From Octopus sinensis (lineage: Eukaryota): a stretch of 64,000 nt of DNA. The translations under genes and the position numbers were made by a program. Where the stretch lies: the NCBI RefSeq assembly GCF_006345805.1, contig NC_043024.1:20026001-20090000 (forward strand). Direction: 5' to 3'. This document shows positions 53,062 through 64,000 of the stretch, piece by piece. The notes beneath the pieces were generated by a model. The model was not told the DNA's origin. It was given only the letters and a program-made list of their open reading frames with translations, and did no database searches. Within the stretch, counting starts at the first letter, position 1. Every line of letters starts with the position of its first letter.

Positions 53062-54174
53062 GTTGTGTGTGTGTGTGGTGATTGCTTCATTCTCACACAT
53101 GATTGTCGTCTCTGAAAGCCCCCATGTCTATAATGGATGACAACGTTCTAAACGAACGTTCAAGCTTCTGCCGAATATGATATATGATCCCTGTGAACTG
53201 CCACATGTCTCATCAGACCCCGAAACCCAATTGCAGGCCCTTAGCATGTTATATACGTATAATCACCTGGTGTTGAGGAAAGAACGTTGCATACAGCTAA
53301 ACTTTCAAGAGACTTTAAATGGTTGATATACCCAGCCTTAGAAAGAATTATACGACCAGCCCTTGTACATCCCTAGCCTTCAAATCCTGATGAAGCCAGT
53401 TTCTGTCTACCAAATTCACCCACAAGGTTTCAGTATAACACACGTCCTCAATATGCGTCCTCAATGTGGAATTGAACTGGGAACCTTGTAATTTCAACAC
53501 GGGCTTCTTAACCACACAATAATTCCTTTGAACAAATATTTATGCCTTGAAATGGTTTATTTAGTCTTTTATCTCTCTAATTCCAATCCATGTAACTTTT
53601 ATGTTTTTGGTTATTTCAATGCACAAATTAAGTATATTATTTTGCTTTTGTTCCATGGATATGTGATGGCCATCAACCTCAGAAAAATTCGAAATCAGAA
53701 CCTCGATGGCCACAGGTAAACCTCCAAATTTATAAGAGTTGAAGCTATATTCTAATTTATCGATTTCCAACTTTAAGTGTTTATTATTCTATTCTCATAT
53801 GACAGGTAAGTTTTGAAGTATGCTTTCGCCACCATGAGTAAAATATATCATACGTAAAATAATTTTTATTTAACCTTCATCAAATTTCTTGACTCTTGTA
53901 CAAAATAAAGAGATGAATACTAATTTTCATAAGAAAAATATTTATTGCCTGAAAATAAAATTAGTAGAGGCGCATCGCTTTAGATATTAGGATGTTGAAT
54001 TTATGACGGCATTATTGTGGTTCCGATTCCTGAATTAGGTCACTTCCTGTCACGATGCTTCACTTCACTCAGCTGGCAGAAACGAGTAATCCTCCGACGG
54101 ACCCGGAAACCTGCCTTTATGAGTATACATGCCTCTTGAAAGAACTCAACTTCCTTTTAAATATATATATATAT

Positions 54175-54239
<65 letters not shown>

Positions 54240-54359
54240 CAGACAGATAGATATAGTGATATAGATATAGATAATGGACATCCTGCTGGTTTCGATATAT
54301 AACAATCATAATGCTTATGTCGAATATGACGTGAGACCTGCCACCGATTTGGAAAGATC

Positions 54360-54520
54360 GCTGATGTGTTTACAACCCCGTAACTTAGCGGTTTGGCGAA
54401 AGAAACCGATAAAATAAGTATTAGGCTTACAAAGAATAAGTCCTGCGGTCGACTTGCTCGACTAACAGGCGGTGCTCCAGCATGGCCACAGTCAAATGGC
54501 TGAATCAAGTGAAAGAGTAA
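54360..54520 (+). mobile_element. SINE family A, 3' half
   Basis: GTAACTTAGCGG..GGCGGTGCTCCAGCATGGCCACAGTCAAATGGCTG tail. Confidence 0.85.
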
Positions 54521-54546
54521 AATAGAATATATCTATATATATACAT

Positions 54547-54582
<36 letters not shown>

Positions 54583-54803
54583 GATATATATATATATATA
54601 CAACTTATAAACAAGGGCAAAAGAAAAAATATTTCCATATATGCTGATACAGACTTTAAGTCGGCAATATCCACATATCATTATACACTCACTATAAAAG
54701 TACAAGTCGTGCTGAAATCGGGAAACCAGTCAATAGATTTTTTAAAAAAAGTTCTTTATTTCATCCTATATTAATAGAAATATATATATATATAATATAT
54801 ATA

Positions 54804-54844
<41 letters not shown>

Positions 54845-55260
54845 ATTATATATACAATAAGATATATATATATATATATTCTGAGAGAGAAAGAAAAAGA
54901 GAGCATAAGGAATAGTACGGTAGAAACTTTTTTTGTTCATAGTGGGACACATGTTTATTGTTTCCTTGTTGGTTATCACTTTATCTAAGGGAGAAAATCG
55001 ATGAGGGGTGTTTGACAAAAAAGTTTCACAGGCATCGCTGTTGAGATATGGGCAACACCATGTTTAAATTAATCGAAAGAATCAACGGCGCCCCATACGA
55101 TAAAATCAAAACTTACTAATACTAAGCAGACAGACATGCCTGCGACTATGTCTACATGTGGAAAAAAACAAAAAAATAAAAACAGGAAACCAACAAGTAA
55201 ATTGGTATGTCCATTGATGAAACAAATTTTAACGTAGGTCGGCACGATCAAAACCATTAC

Positions 55261-55343
55261 CCAGAGGCTACACATTTCCAAACAAGAAATAACAAAATAA
55301 AAATTCGTCTCTGTCTAAAACCACTTGAGAATCTGTGCGCCAT
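55261..55343 (-). CDS. Candidate first coding exon encoding a signal peptide
   Basis: aaaATGG context; MAHRFSSGFRQRRIFILLFLVWKCVASG; followed by TGG|GTAATG donor. Confidence 0.42.
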
Positions 55344-56029
55344 TTTGTATTTCATTTATTTGTATTCGTTCTTTTGTTTCGTTTTTATTTTGGTTTTCTT
55401 TTTTTGTTTTTGCCTTACTAAATGGTAAATGGATGAAGAACGGGAAACATTTTGTGGTAAATTTAATTTCGTAATGGTCCTCGGTATCAATATCGTCGAA
55501 AATTAGACGCATGTACACACATGCACAGACCTACGCGAGCATGCGCACACGCAGGCATACTTTTACTGTTGTATGCAATTATGTCTGTGTGTGTATAGGT
55601 ATAGAGAGGCGGGTAGAGAGAAGGAGAGAGACGGAGGGAACTGAAGGAAGATGCGATAGACAGAAAAATTAGTATCTAACTAAATATCAGGTGCATGTAT
55701 TTAATGTACACACACAAACACACAGTATATAGACACACACATATACATAAGTATATATAAAAGTGTGCTTATGTATATATGTAAGTACACATATGTATGT
55801 ATATATATATGGAGAGAGAGAAAGAGAGAGATATATATATACACACATATATATACATATGTAGATATAAACGTATACATATATATATATTTACATATAC
55901 GTATGTGTGTGTGTGTGTGTGTGTGTCTGTGTGTCTGTGTGTGTGTGTAGAAGGAGGTGCCCCATAATCATAGCCGCAGCCTTCTGGCTGAAATAAGTAA
56001 ACGATAAAAGTTAAAAGTAATATGTGTAA

Positions 56030-56116
56030 ATAGATAGATATATTGATTGATAGGACTGTACGTAGGTAGGCAGGTAAGTAGGTAGGAAGACAGTTAGATA
56101 GATAGTTAGATAGATA

Positions 56117-56184
<68 letters not shown>

Positions 56185-56350
56185 TAGATAGATAGATAGA
56201 CAGATAGATAAATATATATATAGATAGATAGATAATAGATAAACATATAGTTATAGACAGATAGATAGATAGATAAACATATATAAATATATAAATATAT
56301 ATGTATATAGATAGATAGATAGATTGATAGATAGACAGACAGACAGACAT

Positions 56351-56423
<73 letters not shown>

Positions 56424-56525
56424 CAGACAGAAAAACAGACAGACGGACGGACATTCAGACAGACAGATGAATAAGTAGATAGACATATGAATTAAATGAT
56501 GGATAGATATGTATATCGGTAGGTA

Positions 56526-56556
<31 letters not shown>

Positions 56557-56620
56557 CAGAGAGACAGACAGAGAGAGACAGAATATAGATAGATAAATAG
56601 ATATATAGATAGATAGAAGC
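56030..56620. repeat. Compound (ATAG)n/(AG)n/(TA)n tract
   Basis: Direct inspection. Confidence 0.95.
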
Positions 56621-56824
56621 AATAAAATTCTTAAAGAGACTGATATTTTGCAATATATTTATTCAATTGAAAAATGCGAAACACATTTCCCAGTTTGCAT
56701 ATCGGCTCATTACTCGTCTACATTCACGGAGTACAACAACATGGTTGGTTTTATGGGTCGCTCTGGTAGACATGGCTAAGTGATTCCCACGAACACAAGC
56801 AAGGTATAACATATATATATATAA

Positions 56825-56896
<72 letters not shown>

Positions 56897-57737
56897 GTAG
56901 ATAAACATATGTCGAAATAAAATAAAGGAATTTTGTTAAATCTTCGCTCAGCTCCATTGTTTCCTATACTTATTATATATATATATATATATATATATAG
57001 ATATATATATATGCATGACAGGTATACACAGAGTGAGAGACACATGTATGTATGTATACCCACACGCTTGCACATAAACGCATACACGCAGTAAAGGCGA
57101 ACAACAGTTAATTAAATTACTTACACGTTAAATTCTACGTTTATGGAAATATCTCCTGCTTCTAAAGAAGGTTGCTTACGTTTGGGACCAATTGTAAATG
57201 CTAAGGGTAGATAGCCACAAGAATAAAAAGCTTTCTAAACACAGTGACGGCACGAAGGATATGAAGCTGATTATTTGTAAACAAAAATTGCTCGGTTGCG
57301 GAGTGTTGATTCTGCCATAATCAGCGTCATTAGCACAGCATTTACTCATCTTTTATACCACAGAGAAAATAACTGGATACATAATAAATAGACTATAGTA
57401 CAAATAGACTACAACAATTTTATAGGTTGTTTGAACGGATTGACGGAAATGCACCAAGGGAGATAACTTCGATTAGTGAGTAGTAAGCATAACTGGAGGA
57501 CAGGTTAATAAGGGTATATCTTATACCATACAACACCACTTGGGGATTTATTACAGTTATATTCGGTTTTAAAGAAAAAATAAGCAATTACAATCGTAGG
57601 AATCCGCAAAGTGTTGAAAATAAGGTTTCAAGTATCAAATGTCACCTAAACGTACACATACAAAAGATCTCTCCTGATACGGATATGTACGCACAGTTGC
57701 GAACACGTGTTCTTGTATGTGAGTGTATGCATAATAA

Positions 57738-57739
<2 letters not shown>

Positions 57740-57809
<70 letters not shown>

Positions 57810-58108
57810 TTATGATAATAATACAATAATAATGATGATATATAAATAATAATAAATAATAATAATAACAATAATTAATAATGAATAATGATAACAATAA
57901 TAATAATAATAATAATAACAATTAATAATAATGATAATAACAATATAATAATAATAATAACAATAACAATAATAATAACAATAATAATAACAATATTAAT
58001 AATAATAATAATAATAGTAATAATAATAATAATATATATTATTATTATTATTATTTTTATTATTGTTGTTGATGTTGTTCTTCTTCTCTTATTATTATTA
58101 TTATTATT
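57740..58108. repeat. (TAA)n tract switching to (TTA)n near 58035
   Basis: Direct inspection. Confidence 0.9.
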
Positions 58109-58230
58109 TTGTCTCCCTATCGCACAGGAATGCCTCACTGCTGTTTGTCCTTACCATCTTCCGAATGCATTTACACACCTGTAGAATTTGGTCTATTCAC
58201 CAAGCTGTTCTTTCTTTCTCCTACCCTCAA

Positions 58231-58693
58231 GACGTTTACAAAACCAATGATTGTGGGAGCACATGAAATGACCAGTAAAGGAACAAAAAAATTTGTTGAG
58301 AATGGTCCCTGGATTACCATACATGCAGGGAGCGCAAAAGATAGCATTAAGTCTTAACTGCAAACGTAAACAGACTGTATATGAAAAGAAAGAATGGTGG
58401 CAGAGGACTGATTAGTATAGACCATTGTATGAGGAGTGAAAGGCGAACGCTTGCCGAGCATTTGAAAAATATTGATGAAGTCCTGCTGTAATATGCCGTA
58501 AAAGATATGGGTGTAAATGCAGAAGAAATGATGAGCAAGGAAGAGTTTAATCAAAGAGAAGAGAAAAGAAGACCTTCTTGAAAGAAGAATGCATGGACAG
58601 TTTGAAAGGAATACACAAGACGTTAAGGATAATAGATCATAATGGGCATGGCTTGAGCGAGGTGATTTGAAATGTGCCACTGAAAGCCTGATC
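58231..58693 (+). mobile_element. R4/Dong-type LINE fragments (C-terminal piece joined to post-RT region)
   Basis: PMIVGA..QKIAL followed by ANVNRLYMKRKNGGRGLI, MHGQF and WLERGDLKCATESLI. Confidence 0.8.
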
Positions 58694-58839
58694 GTATGAG
58701 AGTAAATTTAAACATACGATCATATGCATACATACTCATAGGAAAGAAAAATTACATTCTCTTAATGATGAGGAGAGAATATATAAATATACATAAATTG
58801 CTTTTCCTGCTACACTTAAATCATGAATGTATATAGGTG

Positions 58840-58872
<33 letters not shown>

Positions 58873-58905
58873 CATATGGGAGGGTACATTCACCTGTATA
58901 TATAT

Positions 58906-58946
<41 letters not shown>

Positions 58947-59039
58947 TATATATATATATATATGTATTATATGAACGGCATCTCTACATGTAGATGCCTC
59001 ACGCTATAAGGGACTCTTAAAGTCAAAGCTACCATCATA

Positions 59040-59269
59040 AGTAAATATTTGAAAACTGTTCCCAAAATGTCTGCAAGAATAAAATATGCAACAGAGAATC
59101 ATACGTACTTTAAGCCAAGATTAAAAAGTTGAAGTTATACCAATCAGCAACAATACACGTATTTATATTAACCAGCGTTAAAGTTGTAGTATACAAAATC
59201 TTACTTTGTCACGCAGAGTATATGACAATCTCTCACAAACTTAGAAAATGATGTCGGTAAGAATAACTG
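59040..59269 (+). repeat. 230-bp dispersed duplicate of 63152-63409
   Basis: About 8 substitutions plus a 28-bp indel. Confidence 0.9.
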
Positions 59270-59301
59270 CACAAGACCGGGCTCTCGCTACCAATTCAGT
59301 G

Positions 59302-59690
59302 AAGTATAATATCTATAAAACTTCTGACACCAAGAAATGCAGACTCTCTGGGTAGAGTGTGGAAAATGTGACCCACTTGTTAAGTGGATGTGAGAGCCTT
59401 GCACAAAAAGAATACAAGTGCCGCCATAATAAAATGTGGCTCTTATACTGTAAATACCAATATGAAGTAACAGAGAACTGGTACAAGCATGTACCAAGCA
59501 AAGTTATGCCGGAGGATGGAAAAGTAACGATACTTTGGGACTATGATTTTCAGGCGAATCGTTTCGTCGAAGACTGTCGACCGGATATTGTCATAGTGAA
59601 TAAGAGACAAATACTTTCAGATCATTGATGTAACCGTACCAAATAACATGAATGTTGTGAGCAAAGAGGTTAAAAGAATCGTCAAATATA
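59302..59690 (+). mobile_element. R4/Dong-type LINE endonuclease fragment, same family as 22861-23460
   Basis: KCRL..THLLSGCESLAQKEYK; VTILWDYDFQ; CRPDIVIV. Confidence 0.88.
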
Positions 59691-59941
59691 TTTATTATTC
59701 AATTTTTAAAATTGACAAAGATCCCTTGCAGCTGTTTCTGTTTCAGACCTTCAGAATATTAATGAATAAAATTCAGAATTATTTGAGAGTCGAATCTCTA
59801 CATAGATTCGACTCCCTTCAGAGGTAGTTTAAGATATTCAAAATAGGTATTTAGTTCCTGCATGTTGAGTAAAAAGTTGTTAACAGTTAACGGATTGCAG
59901 CCGTTTACCCAATACACACACATAAACACACGCACAACACA

Positions 59942-60330
59942 AATACTAGAACTGGGTGCCACTGCATAGTGCCAAGGACTCCAAATTTGCCATCAAGATG
60001 TAGGACAAGATACTGTGATAGCCTGGGCTTCAGAGGCCCACAGCTCTTCAATATCCTCCCGAAGAATCTGAGAGACCTCCATGGGGTGGACGCAGATGTC
60101 TTTAAAATAAAACTGGATCTCTTCCTGTCAGGTGTCCCAGATGAACCAACTTCACGGCAGGAGATGCAGATGAGGGCAGCTGCATCGAACTCTCTCATGC
60201 ACCAAATAGCAATTGCTAAAAAGCATTCGTGAAGTAAAATCAAATCATGTAGCAACACCAAATGGCGGTGCCCCAGCATGGCCACAGCTCGTGAGCTGAA
60301 ACTAGATAAAATAAAATAAAATAAAATAAA
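59942..60330 (+). mobile_element. CR1/L2-type LINE 3' end with 3' UTR
   Basis: SLGFRGPQLFNILPKNLRDL..FKIKLDLFLSGVPDEP..NSL; (TAAAA)n tail. Confidence 0.85.
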
Positions 60331-60420
60331 TATATATATGCCAACTACACAACAACTAAAGTATGTACACAGACACACAAAAGCATGCACAAATAATTAT
60401 ATGCGCCTGTCAATATATAT

Positions 60421-61011
60421 TTCTTTATTACCCACAAGGGGCTAAACATAGAGGGGACAAACAAGGACAGACAAAGGGATTAAGTCGATTACATCGACCC
60501 AGTGCGAAACTGGTACTTTATTTATCGACCCCGAGAGGATGAAAGGCAAAGTCGACCTCGGCGGAATTTGAACTCAGAACGTAACGACAGACGAAATACC
60601 GCTAAGCATTTCGCCCGGCGCGCTAACGTTTCTGCCAGCTCGCCGCCTCTTCGCCCGGCGCGCTAACGTTTCTGCCAGCTCGCCGCCTCTTCGCCCGGCG
60701 CGCTAACGTTTCTGCCAGCTCGCCGCCTCTTCGCCCGGCGCGCTAACGTTTCTGCCAGCTCGCCGCCTCTTCGCCCGGCGCGCTAACGTTTCTGCCAGCT
60801 CGCCGCCTCTTCGCCCGGCGCGCTAACGTTTCTGCCAGCGCTGCCGCCTCTTCGCCCGGCGCGCTAACGTTTCTGCCAGCTCGCCGCCTCTTCGCCCGGC
60901 GCGCTAACGTTTCTGCCAGCTCGCCGCCTCTTCGCCCGGCGCGCTAACGTTTCTGCCAGCTCGCCGCCTCTTCGCCCGGCGCGCTAACGTTTCTGCCAGC
61001 TCGCCGCCTCT
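60421..61011 (-). mobile_element. SINE family B whose 5' end is amplified into a 10 x 40-bp tandem array (60611-61011)
   Basis: Unit TCGCCCGGCGCGCTAACGTTTCTGCCAGCTCGCCGCCTCT; GTCAATATATAT at 60409-60420 and 61021-61032 as probable TSD. Confidence 0.92.
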
Positions 61012-61232
61012 AGTATATATGTCAATATATATGTGTCTGCGTATGTTATTCTAGTTACAGTCTCTCTAGACATGTTTTAACACTGATTTATTTGACATTA
61101 TTGTTAATTATTTTCTGTGTAAACACAGTCGCCTTATTAGGAAATACTGTTCACTTATTTGATTAGCACCTTCGTATTTATGTCATTTCGTATGCATATA
61201 CCTGTATGTACGTATGTATATGTACAAGTGGT

Positions 61233-61279
<47 letters not shown>

Positions 61280-62289
61280 GTATATATATATATGATTATG
61301 TATATATGCATATATACATTTATATATATACATAATTATATATATATATATATATGATTATGTATATATGCATATATACATTTATTATTTATTAAAATAA
61401 TATATATATATATATTTCTTTGTAATATATAGGTGTGTACATATATACCTATATATATATATATATATATATGCATTTGTACATGCATGTGTGCATTTAA
61501 ATATATGTATATACATGTAAACATCTATGTGCGCGTGTGTGTGTGTATGTGCATGGGTGCGTATGTGCGTGTGTGTTATCTAAACATCTGTATATAAATA
61601 TTTATATGTATCGTAGTATATATATTATTTTCTCATATTATACATATATATGTATTTTTTGTCTCTATTTCTTCTTTCTTTGCTATTTTTTTCTGAAACG
61701 TAAAATTGATCGATGACCTCAGTAGAATTTTGCACACAAACATTAACGCCAGCTGAAAATTCCACACAGTTTCATAAAATTTCTGGTGACTACTATACAA
61801 ACGCTTAGGATATTTTGAAAAATATTTGCAAATATGTATTGTTTAATATGGATATTTCCTTATTGGAAACGTGAAAGAAGGAGAAATTGAAAAAAAAAAT
61901 GTAAAGAAAACCACAGAACCTGAAAAAGAATTGTATAATTGAAACAGTGGTATATGAAGAAAAGTCTGAAAATAGCAATGGGGTATAGCTATTAAAAGGA
62001 TTTTGAAGAATAAATGCGTCTAAATTTAGAAATCCATTATTTAATTTCGCCTCGGTTAAAAAGACCCTATTTCTTCGACGAATCTTTTACTGAATTCTAT
62101 AAAAATCAATATATTTTCGCATTATTGAAATAATTCTTTGCGGGTTTTCCTTCGTACCAATCCAAACATACATACAGCTAATTGTGCAGATTACATTCTG
62201 CAGACATAAATGTCCAACTATTTCTCCTGATTCAGGAAGGAAATGTTGTTTCATTTAATAGTTTCAAATTTGAAATTTCTTTATATTTA

Positions 62290-62458
62290 GTTCTTTGTTG
62301 GCCACAAGGGGACAAACAAGGAAGAACAAAGGGATTACATAGATTACAACGACCCCAGTGCATAACTGGTACTTATTTAATCGACTCCGAAAGGATGAAA
62401 GGCAAAGTCGACCTCGACGGAATTTGAACTCAGAACGTAACGGCAAAAGAAATACCGC

Positions 62459-62460
<2 letters not shown>
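62290..62460 (-). mobile_element. SINE family B, partial
   Basis: Body and B-box present; head missing. Confidence 0.8.
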
Positions 62461-62528
<68 letters not shown>

Positions 62529-62549
62529 ATATATATATATATATATAAT

Positions 62550-62591
<42 letters not shown>

Positions 62592-63151
62592 GTATATATA
62601 TATATATACGTTATCATATCGAACAGTTCCAAGTGCAGTCGGACAAGACGAATGCCTCCCACTGCGGAAAAAGTTACGACAAATTCTCCTCCTAAACATG
62701 TCTGAAAACACACATCGTCTTGCGAATGACGACGTCTATCGATCGTAACACGGGTGTGTTTCAGTCTCATTTCGCTTCTCTATTTACTTACTCTAACCCC
62801 ATACTTCACGGAGCGTTAAGAACAAACTTCGTATTAATATATAATGCAGATAATTTCTAGATATGATTGAAACTTTCTCACGCTGGAAATAAGTAAGTAA
62901 TACAGCGCAAAGGAGCTTTCAATAAAGTACATTCTAATAATGTCGTATTTAGCACGTAAGGGTGCATTCGAACACGAGAAGACCTTACGCTGCGAAATAC
63001 TCCTACACGAAAAGTTTATTGATTAAAATCAATGAAGATGCATTGTAGGTCGTAGAAGCTGTCCTTTTGTTGCAAAATGCATGCAAGATGCATGCAATAT
63101 GCATTAGTATAGTCTGTCAAAGTATTGTGTATTTCCCGCTCGATGTATCTG

Positions 63152-63409
63152 AGTAAATATTTGAAAGCTGTTCCCAAAATGTCTGCCATTTGATGCATAA
63201 AACAAACACAGCGCACGAATAAAATATGCTACAGACAATCATACGTACTTTAAGCCAAGATTAAAAAGTTGAAGTTATAGCAATCAGCAACAATACACGT
63301 ATTTATATTGACCAGCGTTAAAGTTGTAGTATACAAAATCTTACTTTGTCACGCAGAGTATATGACAATCTCTCACAAACTTTGAAAATGGTGTCGGTAA
63401 GAATAACTG
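63152..63409 (+). repeat. Second copy of the 230-bp duplicate
   Basis: Matches 59040-59269. Confidence 0.9.
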
Positions 63410-63675
63410 TCAAATTATAGCAGTTTTAAATTTAGTATGCAACTTTTTATCCTTCTTCTATGTAAATTGAAGCTATGCGAATTATTCATATCTATTACAA
63501 ACGACCAAGTGACCATCATCATTTCGGTCTAGATTAGTGGTCTACATGAGAAACGAAATCAGTTCTTGTGTATACATATTCAGACTACATACATAAATAC
63601 ATGCATACATTTATATACACTAACGTATATATAATATAATATATATATTAGTGTTTATATTTGGTCACATGGCGT

Positions 63676-63721
<46 letters not shown>

Positions 63722-64000
63722 ATATATATATATATACGTATATATGTATAGAGAGAGAGGGGGAGAGATAGGTAGTCAGAGAGATAGTGAGCAAGATAGA
63801 GAGATAGATAGATAGACAGACAGACATACACACAGAGACAGTGCTAAATAGATAGACATATAGAAATATATCAATATGTACACATACTTAAATATACAGA
63901 AGCACATACACACATATGCACACACAACACAAACATATATATAACATATATGTACATGCATACATATATTCACATATATATAAAATATATAATATACATA

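Noticed and set aside
60611-61011. CRISPR-like array
   Set aside because: Units are contiguous with no spacers, derive from a SINE, and there are no cas genes.

Overview
AT-rich, repeat-saturated eukaryotic DNA. The SINE families and microsatellite load look like a coleoid cephalopod, most likely Octopus (inference; no search run). I cannot identify any complete host gene, rRNA, true tRNA or CRISPR array, and most ORFs in the supplied track are translations of microsatellites or SINEs. The window contains: two abundant tRNA-derived SINE families (A, CORE-like; B) and a third repeat family (C); decayed R4/Dong-type LINEs next to (TAA)n tracts; two CR1/L2-type LINE 3' ends; Tc1/mariner fragments and MITEs; a hAT MITE with an 8-bp TSD; a Helitron/HINE-like element; and a 100-N gap. 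The most interesting signal is a set of minimal hammerhead-ribozyme folds in short Penelope-like elements. These are one canonical core, several recurring variant cores, a palindromic double copy, and a tail that appears linked to a tRNA-like Pol III head through a (TAA)n linker. Also notable are a SINE/LINE shared 3' hairpin with compensatory substitutions, a 10 x 40-bp array made from a SINE 5' end, an unexplained ~210-bp degenerate tandem array beside a TAG-interrupted reading frame, and a candidate signal-peptide first exon on the minus strand. All coordinates and identities were read by eye, and boundaries of decayed elements are approximate.
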